Assembly (NCBI GenBank): GCA_032718475.1
Contig: JAUCBJ010002752.1
Coordinates: forward strand, 1-64,000
Source of the DNA: Nemertoderma westbladi
Taxonomy: Eukaryota; Animalia; Xenacoelomorpha
DNA length: 64,000 nt
Direction of reading: 5' to 3'
Shown in pieces: positions 31,721 to 43,303 of the stretch (its first letter is position 1; every line of letters starts with the position of its first letter). Both the position numbers and the translations under genes were made by a program. The notes below the pieces were generated by a model. It made no database searches. It was given only the letters and a program-made list of their open reading frames with translations, and had not been told where the DNA came from.

Positions 31721-34700
31721 TCATAAACGGAGTTTATTATTGAATATTTTGGCGATTCGTTTGGCCTCGTCAGCGGTTCCAGTGGATGGTAGACGTCTGG
31801 GATTATTATGAGGAACGTTCCCCTCGGTATGAGAGCGTTCCGACAACATCCGCATGGAGGCGACGAGTTCAGTTGAGGGTATAAAGAAGTTGGGGGGTCG
31901 TGGCTGGAACCCGGTTGGTAGGAAGTCGTCACCAACCTGCGGACCGGGATCAATCTTATCATCTACATTATTAACGACAACCGCATTGGCACTCACTACG
32001 TCTTCCGAGTCAACATTATGTTCATTTAAAGTTTCCGTGGCGGAATCGCGTTTGTTAAGGATATTAAAGAAATCAAGGGAATCATCCCCAAGTTCATTAC
32101 TAACGAGAACTTCAACTTCGTTACGAGGTGGAGAGGATTCGATATCGTAAGCCGGAATAACATCGTTGGCTGTATCTCGGAAGTTATCAACCAATAGTTC
32201 CGGACTTACTGAACCATCACAATGATTTGGAATAGATTCCAAACCAGATTCAACAACATTATTAGTCCCACCAGAAGCTGTAGATTCCGATTCTTTCACG
32301 ACTTCTTCGAAATCTTCAGGAAACGGGACGGAATCGTTCTCGATAACAATATCTTCAACGTCATCATTATTATTATCAAGTACATCATCATTGTTATTCA
32401 AATATTCATTTTCAAGCTCCTCAACATCAAAATGTGATTCCAGACGCTCAATAGGGCTAAACAATACGTCATCGCGGTTCCTGTCACCGTTGGAACTAGT
32501 CGGTACCGGCGTTTTATCTTCAACAACTTCGGCACTGACATCCAACTCACCAGTAAGTTCCCAACGCGTCGTATCATTACCGGGATCCCTGGTATCATCC
32601 TCCACAATATCACCATTCAACAAATATTTATCTGAATCGTGAATAATGCCAAAATCAGCATTACTACCACCAACGTCAGTGTCAACAACCAATCCTTCTC
32701 TATAAACGGTACCATCAACATCTGGTTTGAAACAACTGGGAGATGTAATTGAGTTGTGTTCGCCATGTATTTCATTCGATACAGTGCCCACTCGGCCATT
32801 TATAAGACCGGGGGGTTTCCCTTGGTTACAACGAGGGCTTTGTTGCGTCTTACTAACGTTTCTCACCATCGGGTGCTGGGGAATGTAATCCTTTCTCGCC
32901 ATTATAGACGCGAACCGGGATGGATCGGACTGGAGTTCTGATTGAAAATTCAATGGTTTGCAGAGATCAACATCACATACATCACTGTGGTCTAGAAGAG
33001 GTGGACGAAACTCACCGCAATCTTTCACTGGTGACGAATGGTATTCAACTCTCGCCACTTCCGGGACTATTTTACCGGCCAACGAGCCACGCATTCGCGC
33101 CGTTATATTATCCAGATCTTGAAGGTTTTTCGACAAAACTTCTCGTAAACTTTCCGATGTTTCATTACCCAATATAGATGCGGTTGGCATAGCGGTGTTG
33201 AAGACCCCAGAAGTAAATGATTTAACGGCAGTTTCTTTCAACTCCGAGTAAATAGATACGTGAGTTGGAGCCTTAGTATACGACTTCTGGATTCTCTCGT
33301 ATTGTTTTATCTTTGCAATGTTGTCCATATCATTGTCTGGCGTCAGCGACAGCTTGACTTGCCCGTGGGACTTCCCGCTGAAGTCCGTGATGTTGTACCA
33401 GCCGGATAGCTGATGGAATCCCGATGTTAGTGGAGACAAATCGAACGAGGTGAACCCTAGAACCCGCTCGTAACAGGATTTATCGTTCTTGTGGAGATTA
33501 ACCTGCCAGATTTTCAGCACCAGACTCAATTCACCGGAAAGTAATTCCAACGGAAGTCTCACATCCACTTGGTATTCCCAGACTGGATTCGAGTTGTCGC
33601 AGATAATTTCAGTTTTATAAATCCTGTTTTCGGCTTTACTTTGAAAGGAAATGTAGGATGAGGGTTTGAACTCCCCCTGATACGGTAAATGCAATGCGCG
33701 GTCGATGAATATCGTAGCTGAGAATGTTTCAGAGTCGGGGATTATATTCTGCGAGCGTTCCACATCGTCGAACTGCTCCCTGCAATCCACCTCGTATTTA
33801 TCGTCCTGCGGGGCGATTTCTTTTTCGAGAGTTAGCGAATCCTTGCCGGGCTGCATCACCAACTCAATATCCGCGGCGGCCCCGAACATATCCGGTTGAT
33901 CAGATCTGTGCAACGGAATGAGTTCCACAATCCGCTGGAAACAGCGGGTTGACGTAGCCAATGGGAGCAGTTGAACGCAACAGCTGCCGATTAGTTTATC
34001 CCTATGGGAACCGGTTCCAAACTTCACCCAAAACTGGATCTCTAGAGCTTCTTCAGCCAAATACCAAATAAGTTGAGAATCAACGGGAAGATTAAACTTA
34101 TTCGAGACGTTCATTCGACAGACTTGGACTCCTTGGGTTGCAGGGTTCGTCCCAAAGTGTTTGGTGAGCGTAGCGTCGCGATCGAACAACTTGTATCGCG
34201 CGTAGCATCGCGTCGATTGGTGGAAAACCGGTTGTTTAAACGCCGTCGCTAAATGTTCCGGGAAATAAACCTGCTTAATATTTACGTGGAACTCCATCGA
34301 TACCGGACGGGTTTCCTCGGCCCACAGACTGAGATCGCGGGTTGGGGACCACCCGGAATGGCGACCCGCTTCCGATACAATCTCGCGATCGGATTCGTTG
34401 GCGAATTTAGCGGACAACTCGAGGACGCCCAATGCGTTGCAGCCTTCGACTCGTTCTGAAGTCAATGGATGGCAATAAGGAGCGGAATTAACTGCATACC
34501 AACCCTTTATCCCGGAAGACTTTAGCAGCAACTCGGAGAGCGGGATGGTACAGACTCCCAACAGGTAATCCGGATTCTGTATAACTCTGGGATTCCTGAG
34601 GGATTCGGGGTCGCTATCGCTCGTCTGATGGTAAACCTCCAGGGTTATGTAACTGGACTCCAATAACTCAGCCAGACTAACGAAGGTCTCCTTGTTGGAT

Positions 34701-37700
34701 ACCGTTATGGGCGAAGTAAAGTCAACCGTGTGGTAGTAACTGGGGGTGAACGACCTCGCAATTGTTCTAGTGCAGCGGTGTTCCTCATCGGAGAGATACG
34801 ATAGGGAGATCTTAACGTAGGAGTTAACCCCGACGTCGGAGGCATATTGGAGGTCGTTGTGGACCAGAGCGGCTTCCCGCGCGGCCGCTTGGAGGCCACA
34901 GGCGCGGGATACAGTCACGGAAATCGTCGCCGAGTCACCCAAATCACGCTGAATCCCTTCCTCGGATAGCAACTCGGGGTTCGCCTTGGACTTCCGGTAC
35001 TTGACGACGATGTCCAGCGTGCCGCAGCCATCGGCGGACCCAGGCGCCACAAGCGGCAGAGCGAATGTCGACGCAGACATTCGGGACTTCAACTGGTTCA
35101 TTGTAACCAACGCGCAAACCTTGGAAACGGGTATTTGGCACTTGGCGATGAGTATGTCCCTAACATTGGGGTAGTAATAGCGGCACCAAAGCTCGAAGGT
35201 GAATGCGTTACCTGATACGGAATGGGCGGAAGTCAGGGAGTTCTGGAGGGGTTGGCCGGATTCCAACATGTATTTATGTTTACTGACATGATTAAACGTC
35301 GCGTTGGGCATAGAAAGAGTCGTGGCAGTCTGTTTGGCTTTTATTGACAAAGGGCTATTTATAGTTTTGTAATTGACATCCGCCTGCTGTTCTGGAATGT
35401 AGTAAATAATGTAGCAATCGCTCTCTCCCCAGAGGGTCTCCCCCATTCGGTTGAGCCCTCTTAGCCCTTCTATATTAATCTCAATCTCATGTTCATTCAT
35501 TGACTTCGCAAAGCTTCCCCCAGACTGTGTATAATCGTTTGTGGCTTTAGTTTGGTAAGACCCATTGCATTTGGCCTGATGGAGGTTGTTTATTTGTTCC
35601 TGAGTACCGATTGCGAAGACAACATTCAATGATCCCAAGTCCTCGTTGGTAAACAGATTAACAATAGGTTGATCGATGTCGCTAGCCAGAACGGGGTAGA
35701 CGGAACCCAAAAGGGTCTCTGCGGTCTGTCTCGCCTTGAACGAGAGATAGAACTGGTGCAGAGAAACCTTAACAATCCCTACAATCCGATCTTCCTCAGC
35801 CATTGTCGCTTTGTTCCACATCTCGATGACCATAAAGTTATCCTTGCAACTCAGCAATGTTTTCTCGTCTATAGTAATCGGTAAAACTTGCAATAAACGG
35901 AAGTTGGGTTCGTTGGTTCCCCAACAAACCACCGACTTTATGTCATCCTCTACAAGGGATAGTTTGCAGACGATGTAGCAGTTAGCCTGAATCGCTTTGG
36001 TGACACTCCCGGCCGGTATAGAGAGGTACATGTGAAGGGGGAGGGGCGATCGGACTGCATCCTGGGCGCTCTTTACGCGCTGCCCTTGTTCTAATCTCGT
36101 AACTTCCCCTTCTGCAGGAGTTCGTTGATTCTTCAACTCAGAATTCAATGATTTTCCATTGTCGATTTCATTTACGCTAATTATTAGAGGCGAAGGGGCG
36201 TCAGGTTTTTCTGCCATTTGCATTTTTGCGAGTAAATTGGGAAACTTTCTATCATCGCTTTCTAGTTGAATAGAAACTTTCAAAGTTCCGATTTTTTCTC
36301 CGGTTGTGCCGCCGGTAAAAACGTCAACATCAATGAAACGCTTTAAGTTACAATCCAAAATAACAGGTCGGAGAAAAACTAAACCGGTACCCAATTTCGC
36401 GGATGAATTAGGCGACCGCGACTTGATGTAAACCTTGAATTTGATGGCGGATTTCCACCAAGTCCGTAAAGCATTTCCGGATAACGAGACCGAGAAAGAT
36501 CCCGAGTGATCGAAGACCACCGTGGAACTCCTCTTTACTTGTTTCCCGATGAACGTGACTGTCTCCAATGAGGAACGCCCTTCTGTATTGGACGTTGGGA
36601 AACTGTATTGTAGAACGTAGGATGATTTGGGCTTAGGGCGAGGAGGTTTTCCCTTTCTATGGGCTCTGGGAGACGGAAGTGCGTCGCCATTACGTAGGAG
36701 TTTCAGAGTATCGATGGAAACCTTCGCTAATGAAACCTTGGAGAGAACAGCGAGCCGTTCCACAATGATTCCTTCATTATCGCTGCTGTTAACCGAGGCA
36801 TTCAGATCATCAGCTATTAGAGACGACGACGACGAATTGATACACAAACTGACATCGGAATCGCAACTGGCTTCATCCGTGGAACTCGGATGATGTGGAA
36901 CTAACTCCCCGCGCGTTCCACGCTTCGCTTTGTTTAACTTAGAGCGGGAACGCGGCATCTCTCCTACAGATCTGTTGCGTCTCGCCTTCCCACTAACGGC
37001 GTCGTTTAGGATGGCCAATGGGTTGGGATCGGACGATTCGTTGTCACTAAACGAGTAACCCGATGATAAACTGGAGTTTATTAAAGTCGCCCCCTTCGGT
37101 AGATCGTACTGAGATGGAGACTTATACGCGTTGAACTCGCCGGTAGTAAACAAATCGCGATCCCTGTCAGCTGGCGACACCAAATGCTGAAGTTGGGACC
37201 CTTTATCAAGCAGAATGGAAATTAAATTGTGTCTAGATTTACTTTCACTTTCATTGTAATGCGTAGCGGCAGTAAAATACTGAGGATTTGTGTAGGCCGG
37301 CGATCGGTAATGTTTATCAAGAACATTAGCCGCCGTGTCGTTGTACGACGGCGATGGAAGTTGCTTCGACTGAACAAAATCGACACATTTTTCGCGTTGG
37401 AACATCCCGGCCCTGGGACTGGCCTGTTTGCTCTTATCTTTCACATCGCGAAATTGATTGACATCTACTAAAGGCGACGCATCTAGAGAGGAAGCTAAAA
37501 CCACAGATGATTGGGCATTGGAAAGATCCAAACTGGTTTCTGTACCAGAAGCCGATGACGTATAATTCAAAGAAACAATCGAAAATGAGGCGGATATGTC
37601 GGCTACTTTGTAACCATCTCCTGAGAACACAGGAAATGCTCCCTTTATCGGGTTGTACTCACTCAGATGGGATATAGTGTTTATGTGGCACCTGCCTACT

Positions 37701-38107
37701 GTTTTAGAAGAAGGGCCGATAACAACATCCAACACAACGCTACTCATATCTCGAAAGTATGCAATGAGCTGCTTAGAGCTGCACTTAACTGGAAATTTCG
37801 AAGTTGTTTGCTTCCGAAATTTTATAGTTGTTTTAGGAAATACTGTAGGTCGAAAAACTGTAAATGAGGATGGAGTTTCGCCCCACCACTGTAAGCGGAC
37901 ATGAGCCTGGCAGTCGTCTTGAGGGGTTGGGACGAGCCATCGGAGATTGCTAATACAAACACGAACGAAGCATTTAAGTGGTCCGTCGACGCAGGGTGGT
38001 AATGAGGTTGAGGGCAGGACGTCGTCAGTAACACTCCGTCGTCTTCGTCTGCGAGTAACCGCCGACCCCTTGGAAGTGTAGCTCTTTGTTTTATCTTTAG
38101 TGCTCAT
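31721..38107 (-). CDS. C2CD3: C2 domain-containing protein 3 (distal centriole, ciliogenesis), 2128 aa, single uninterrupted ORF
   Basis: N-terminus PSTSLPPCVDGPLKCFVRV...VRLQWWGET...KCSSKQLIAYFRDM; internal DNFMVIEMWNK, KVSLHQFYLSF, WGESDCYI, LSGWYNITDFSGKSHGQVKLSLTP; C-terminus EAKRIAKIF. All resemble C2CD3 as I recall it. Confidence 0.92.
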   Translation of the reverse strand: MSTKDKTKSYTSKGSAVTRRRRRRSVTDDVLPSTSLPPCVDGPLKCFVRVCISNLRWLVPTPQDDCQAHVRLQWWGETPSSFTVFRPTVFPKTTIKFRKQTTSKFPVKCSSKQLIAYFRDMSSVVLDVVIGPSSKTVGRCHINTISHLSEYNPIKGAFPVFSGDGYKVADISASFSIVSLNYTSSASGTETSLDLSNAQSSVVLASSLDASPLVDVNQFRDVKDKSKQASPRAGMFQREKCVDFVQSKQLPSPSYNDTAANVLDKHYRSPAYTNPQYFTAATHYNESESKSRHNLISILLDKGSQLQHLVSPADRDRDLFTTGEFNAYKSPSQYDLPKGATLINSSLSSGYSFSDNESSDPNPLAILNDAVSGKARRNRSVGEMPRSRSKLNKAKRGTRGELVPHHPSSTDEASCDSDVSLCINSSSSSLIADDLNASVNSSDNEGIIVERLAVLSKVSLAKVSIDTLKLLRNGDALPSPRAHRKGKPPRPKPKSSYVLQYSFPTSNTEGRSSLETVTFIGKQVKRSSTVVFDHSGSFSVSLSGNALRTWWKSAIKFKVYIKSRSPNSSAKLGTGLVFLRPVILDCNLKRFIDVDVFTGGTTGEKIGTLKVSIQLESDDRKFPNLLAKMQMAEKPDAPSPLIISVNEIDNGKSLNSELKNQRTPAEGEVTRLEQGQRVKSAQDAVRSPLPLHMYLSIPAGSVTKAIQANCYIVCKLSLVEDDIKSVVCWGTNEPNFRLLQVLPITIDEKTLLSCKDNFMVIEMWNKATMAEEDRIVGIVKVSLHQFYLSFKARQTAETLLGSVYPVLASDIDQPIVNLFTNEDLGSLNVVFAIGTQEQINNLHQAKCNGSYQTKATNDYTQSGGSFAKSMNEHEIEINIEGLRGLNRMGETLWGESDCYIIYYIPEQQADVNYKTINSPLSIKAKQTATTLSMPNATFNHVSKHKYMLESGQPLQNSLTSAHSVSGNAFTFELWCRYYYPNVRDILIAKCQIPVSKVCALVTMNQLKSRMSASTFALPLVAPGSADGCGTLDIVVKYRKSKANPELLSEEGIQRDLGDSATISVTVSRACGLQAAAREAALVHNDLQYASDVGVNSYVKISLSYLSDEEHRCTRTIARSFTPSYYHTVDFTSPITVSNKETFVSLAELLESSYITLEVYHQTSDSDPESLRNPRVIQNPDYLLGVCTIPLSELLLKSSGIKGWYAVNSAPYCHPLTSERVEGCNALGVLELSAKFANESDREIVSEAGRHSGWSPTRDLSLWAEETRPVSMEFHVNIKQVYFPEHLATAFKQPVFHQSTRCYARYKLFDRDATLTKHFGTNPATQGVQVCRMNVSNKFNLPVDSQLIWYLAEEALEIQFWVKFGTGSHRDKLIGSCCVQLLPLATSTRCFQRIVELIPLHRSDQPDMFGAAADIELVMQPGKDSLTLEKEIAPQDDKYEVDCREQFDDVERSQNIIPDSETFSATIFIDRALHLPYQGEFKPSSYISFQSKAENRIYKTEIICDNSNPVWEYQVDVRLPLELLSGELSLVLKIWQVNLHKNDKSCYERVLGFTSFDLSPLTSGFHQLSGWYNITDFSGKSHGQVKLSLTPDNDMDNIAKIKQYERIQKSYTKAPTHVSIYSELKETAVKSFTSGVFNTAMPTASILGNETSESLREVLSKNLQDLDNITARMRGSLAGKIVPEVARVEYHSSPVKDCGEFRPPLLDHSDVCDVDLCKPLNFQSELQSDPSRFASIMARKDYIPQHPMVRNVSKTQQSPRCNQGKPPGLINGRVGTVSNEIHGEHNSITSPSCFKPDVDGTVYREGLVVDTDVGGSNADFGIIHDSDKYLLNGDIVEDDTRDPGNDTTRWELTGELDVSAEVVEDKTPVPTSSNGDRNRDDVLFSPIERLESHFDVEELENEYLNNNDDVLDNNNDDVEDIVIENDSVPFPEDFEEVVKESESTASGGTNNVVESGLESIPNHCDGSVSPELLVDNFRDTANDVIPAYDIESSPPRNEVEVLVSNELGDDSLDFFNILNKRDSATETLNEHNVDSEDVVSANAVVVNNVDDKIDPGPQVGDDFLPTGFQPRPPNFFIPSTELVASMRMLSERSHTEGNVPHNNPRRLPSTGTADEAKRIAKIFNNKLRL

Positions 38108-38769
38108 CGCAAAGTAAAATACCTATTAATATTCCAAATCAATAAACAATACTGTAGGTTTCAATTGCATTGTAAAAAGATAAAGTACAGAAGTAGAGGC
38201 CTAAAAGCTAAAAATAACATTATAATTTATAAATAAGTTTATCACTCTATCAGCCATCAGGCAGTCAGGGACTCATTCATTACACCATGCCCCGGAATTA
38301 TGGACATGGCAGCATGGAAAGCTGGCCGTGCAAGGATTCCAAATGCATATGTCAATGTCAATATATCTGTACAGCTGTATGTCAGTATGTAAATCATTTG
38401 AATTTGGTTGGAAAATAGCTGAGCCTGAGATATGGGCCGTCGAAAGTTGCATGTATGTATTTGCTTCAGCCTGTCAGGTGCAGGCCACTTAATCTATTTA
38501 ACTGTTTAATCTGTTAATAAATGCACAATCATGGCCTGGCACAATATTCTGGAATATATTGTTTAGCTTATAAGTAAGTAGCTGGGCAACAACAGAACAA
38601 TACTAGCTGACTAGTATACCGGTATGGATATTTATTTATATATACTTATATTACTGGTAATTGATATATTTATAATATAATTGATATAATTGACAGATTG
38701 ATATATATATTTATATACGGTAGGCTAAAGCAATATATGTGTCAGTGAATGCGAAAAGGTACCTAAAGC

Positions 38770-39416
38770 CCTGTATGGAATCCATCCAAAAAGTGCGCCG
38801 GATAGCGCGCCGACCAATTTTTATGCACGCCGCGCGCCGATGCCATTTCGAAGAAAAACCCTGCGCCTCCTAACTGCCTAAATTTTTAAGCACGCCGATG
38901 CAATTTCGAAGAAACCCCGCGCCAACTAAATTTTTAAGCGCGCCAATGCCAATACATTGAAACAATTTTGAAGAGCGCCACGCCCATGCAAATTCAATTT
39001 TGAGGGAGTGTAACCAATCTGTCAATGTCAGTCAGTCAGTACTGCTGTACTAGTCTGCCAGTCCCTGCTGCCCTATACAACAGTTGCCTAACCATAACCA
39101 CTGAACTGAACCATACAACAGAAAAAGAAAGGCGAGCGAAGCGAGCCGAAATTTTTAAACAGCTAATGCAATTTTTAAGTCACTTCCATAGCCTAATTGT
39201 TAAACCTGTAAACAAACAAATCGGCGCCGGTTTTTATTTTTGGGAGCGCCACGTGCCAAAGCCGGCGCGCTTTACGATTTTCGAGCGCGCCACGCGCCAA
39301 AGTCGGCGCACTTTACGATTTTCGAGCGCGCCACGCGCCACATTGGCGCGCTTTTATTGCAAAGTGCGCCGGATTAATCCGGCGCAAAGTGCTGAAGTGC
39401 ATGGATTCCAGTCTGG
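38770..39416. mobile_element. Non-autonomous hAT-like element
   Basis: Imperfect TIRs CCTGTATGGAATCCAT / ATGGATTCCAGTCTGG; 8-bp TSD CCTAAAGC (38762-38769, 39417-39424); many GCGCC subterminal motifs; a partial related copy at about 40228-40400. Confidence 0.78.
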
Positions 39417-39534
39417 CCTAAAGCGCTTAAGGCCTGTTTACATGTGGCAACTTTTAGAGCAACTTTCTCGGCAACTATCAACTTTACTTGGAGCAACTTC
39501 TTTTTAATCGCTGTTTACACGTATGGGGATACAT

Positions 39535-40009
39535 GACCGAACGTAATCAGGATCGAATGTAACATAGTCATTACGTATCGAACGTAACCGCAATTATGTC
39601 AGTATGTTACATTGGATCCTATAACTATGTTACATTCGATCTACAAATTACTAAGCCCGAATGTAACATTGCCATTTAAAGGAGCAGGTTAAAGAGGCGT
39701 GTTGGTGGAACCAAAACAATAAACGAAAGTTAACACATGTTACTTACAAGATTATGCAGGTGACTTAATTGGGTCTTGGGTCTTTGTTTTGTACTCACCA
39801 AACTGTTTCTTCCTGTAAATAAACGAAGCATTTCATTGGTTAACTCCTGAAATCAAAACACAACTGAAATAAATGTAGGCCTATGTTACATTCGAGCTTA
39901 GTAATTTGTAGATCGAATGTAACATAGTTATAGGATCCATTGTAACATAATTGATGTTACGTTCGATTCATAAAAGCTATGCTACATTCGAGCCTGATTA
40001 CGTTCGGTC
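39535..40009. mobile_element. Palindromic MITE-like element with arms of about 135 bp
   Basis: GACCGAACGTAATCAGG...CGAATGTAACAT is the reverse complement of ATGTTACATTCG...CCTGATTACGTTCGGTC. Confidence 0.72.
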
Positions 40010-40554
40010 TGTCAACCTGAAAATATTGTTTTGAGAAAAACCAAATTTAAGAAAGAAATACCGTACACCGTCAAGACAAATTTTAAAATAATTTGATTTT
40101 CAGTGGGGTGGGACTGTCAGACTGTAGGGTGGATAGCCTATGCAGTTTTTAATGAGGAATCCAAATCAGTTAATTTCGTGTTAATAGCTAGCATCGTTTT
40201 TGAGATAATCAGGTTTAAATACAGATCTGTATGGAATCCATCCAAAAATTGCGACGGATGGCGCGCCGATCAATTTTTATATGCGCCAAGCTGCGGAGCG
40301 CGAGCGCCGATGCAAATTAAATTTTTAAGCGCGCCGAACATTGAACGGTTGAAACAATATTGTGTTGCGCCAACGCAATTTCAATTTTGAAGGAGTGTAC
40401 TGCAGTACTGGTTTCACCAGCCAGCCAGCAGACCAGTAGGTACACTGTAGCTAGAAACTTCCTGCCAAAGGGGTTGTCCAGAGACAGCCAAAATCGCGCT
40501 GGACAAATGGGAAAATAAATATTTTGGCGGGGCCTCTGGCATCTGGGTGTTGTC

Positions 40555-40725
40555 GCGTTTCGGCAACTGATAGTCTGATAGTAGCATTAGCTGATTAGAG
40601 CCGCGTTTCGGCAACTGAGTGATGCATTTCGGCAACTCATAGTTTCATTTCGGCAACTCATAGTTGCATTTCGGCAACTGTTAACAGGATGCGCTTAGGC
40701 AAACTGATAGATGCGTTTCGGCAAA
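40555..40725 (+). repeat. Short degenerate repeats of TTTCGGCAACT
   Basis: About 6 copies of the TTTCGGCAAC core. Confidence 0.6.
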
Positions 40726-41207
40726 TCGTATACAACAAAGGCCTGAAGGCCAACTGCGCCAACTGGATACTGTCAGACTGTATAGAGCCTACAGTATAGG
40801 CCTAGAGATACGTAGGTGGAATCTCAACGTCACCATCGCATTGTATCAACATAGGCAATACAGCAATAGGGCAGAGCAAATCAGTATTATATATTCTGAT
40901 ATTACCTTTACCTTTGCCTTATCACCTTATTACTGTATTACGTTTCCCATTATTCATTTTCTTTCTACATTATTTTACCCACGCCTACTCCAACACTACT
41001 TCGAGTTATATAGAAACTGATGTTATTAATTCCATATAATGTGGACTACAGCAATTATACTGCAACTGCAGTACTGCCTGAATGCTGTAAAGCAAAAACA
41101 CCACGGTCAGACTGTCAGACGGTACTGTAATAATACAGGTGCTTAGATCCTACTACTGTATTCAACGTATGTCAGTATGTTGGTAGGTGCTAAAACAGTA
41201 AAATGCA

Positions 41208-41777
41208 CAACGAGCAACAATGACCAACAACGAGAAACAAAGAGCAACAACGAGCAACAATGAGCAACATCGAGCAACAATGAGCAACAATGAGCAACAA
41301 CGAGCAACAATGAGCAACAATGAGCAACAACGATAAGCAATAATAAAGCACAACAACGAGTAACAATGAGCAACAATGAGCAAAACGAGCAACAATGAAC
41401 ATCAACGAGCAACAACGAGCAACAATGAGCAACAACGAGCAACAATGAGCAACAACGAGCAATAATAAAGTACAACAACGAGTAAAAATTAGCAACAATG
41501 AGCAACAACGAGCAACAATGAGTAACAACGAGCAATAATAAAGTACAACAACGAGTAACAATGAGCAACAACGAGCAACAACGAACAACAACGAGCAACA
41601 ATAAGCAACAACGGACAACAATGAGCAAGAACGAGCAATAATAAAGTACAACAAAGAGTAACAATGAGCAACAACGAGCAATCATAAAGTACAACAAATA
41701 GACAAAGAGTAACAATGAGCAACAATGAGCAATAATAAAGTACAACAAAGAGTAACAATGAGCAACAATGAGCAACA
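41208..41777 (+). repeat. 10-bp minisatellite (T/C)GAGCAACAA
   Basis: Tandem tgagcaacaa/cgagcaacaa with interspersed AATAATAAAGTACAACAA variants. Confidence 0.9.
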
Positions 41778-41800
41778 TTACATTACTGGCATCCTAAAAC

Positions 41801-43303
41801 GGTTATATTGAAAAATATCGAGACATGAAAAATATCGAGAGTAAAAATAACGCGAGTAAAAACATCGAGTGTTGAAAAATAACGATAATATCGAGAGTTA
41901 GAAAAATATCGAGAGTAAAAATATCGAGAGTAAAAATATCGAGTGTTGAAAAATATCGAGAGTAAAAATATCGAGTGTTGAAAAATATCGAGAGTAAAAA
42001 TATCGAGTGTTGAAAAATATCGAGAGTAAAAATATCGAGTGTTGAAAAATATCGAGAGTAAAATATCGAGTGTTGAAAAATATCGAGAGTAAAAATATCG
42101 AGTGTTGAAAAATATCGAGAGTAAAAATATCGAGTGTTGAAAAATATAGAGTGTTGAAAAATATCGAGATAAAAATATCGATAGTAAAAAATTTTTTAAA
42201 TAAGGGTTGTATGATAATTTTTTTCCTAAAAATGTTCTAGAACAAAAAAATGTGCTCTAGAACAAAAAATTTATCAACATTTGGTAGCTTTCACGTGTTC
42301 TACAGTATAACATTTATAAAAAGATGTAGAAAATACTAGCTATTTAAAAAAATTAAAAATATGATCTAGAACTAAAAAATGTGTTCTAGAACAAAAATAT
42401 TTATCAAAATTTATAGCTAGCATTTCTTTTATACAATTTATTTAAAAAATAGCAAAAACTAGCTAGTATAATAAATCTGGTAAATGGGTACCCAAGATGC
42501 ATTAATGCCATTCACTTGCACTGTTGTAACCCATGCACTGCAATAGTGTTCCATAATTCTAAATAAAATGCTCAAGCAAAATGCAATACTGTATTTTTAC
42601 TCTCGATATTTTTCAACACTCGATAATTTTACTCTCGATATTTTTACTCTCGATATTTTTCAACACTCGATATTTTTCAACACTCGATATTTTTACTCTC
42701 GATATTTTTACTCTCGATATTTTTACTCTCGATATTTTTCAACACTCGATATTTTTCAACACTCGATATTTATCAACACTCGTTATTTTTACTCTCGATA
42801 TTTTTCAACACTCGATATTTTTACTCTCGATATTTTTACTCTCGATATTTTTCAACACTCGATATTTTTACTCTCGATATTTTTACTCTCGATATTTTTC
42901 AACACTCGATATTTTTACTCTCGATATTTTTACTCTCGATATTTTTCAACACTCGAAATTTTTCAACACTCGATATTTTTACTCTCGATATTTTTCAACA
43001 CTCGATATTTTTACTCTCGATATTTTTACTCTCGATATTTTTCAACACTCGATATTTTTACTCTCGATATTTTTACTCTCGATATTTTTCAACACTCGAT
43101 ATTTTTCAACACTCGATATTTTTACTCTCGATATTTTTCAACACTCGATATTTTTCAACACTCGTTATTTTCGATATTTTTCATCTCGCGTTATTTTTAC
43201 TCTCGATATTATTTAATCACGTTAATTTTCAACACTCGATATTTTTACTCTCGATATTTTTACTCTCGATATTTTTCAAGTCTCGATATTTTTCACCATT
43301 ACC
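41801..43303. mobile_element. Foldback-type element with internally repetitive inverted arms
   Basis: Left arm (AAAAATATCGAGAGT/AAAAATATCGAGTGTTG)n at 41808-42190; inverted right arm at 42594-43297; GG...CC ends; 8-bp TSD CCTAAAAC (41793-41800, 43304-43311). Confidence 0.85.

Noticed and set aside
31854-38034. Short ORFs overlapping C2CD3
   Set aside because: Shadow frames of a long real CDS.
39025-39507. 160-aa ORF
   Set aside because: Crosses the end of a non-autonomous element and has no transposase motifs.
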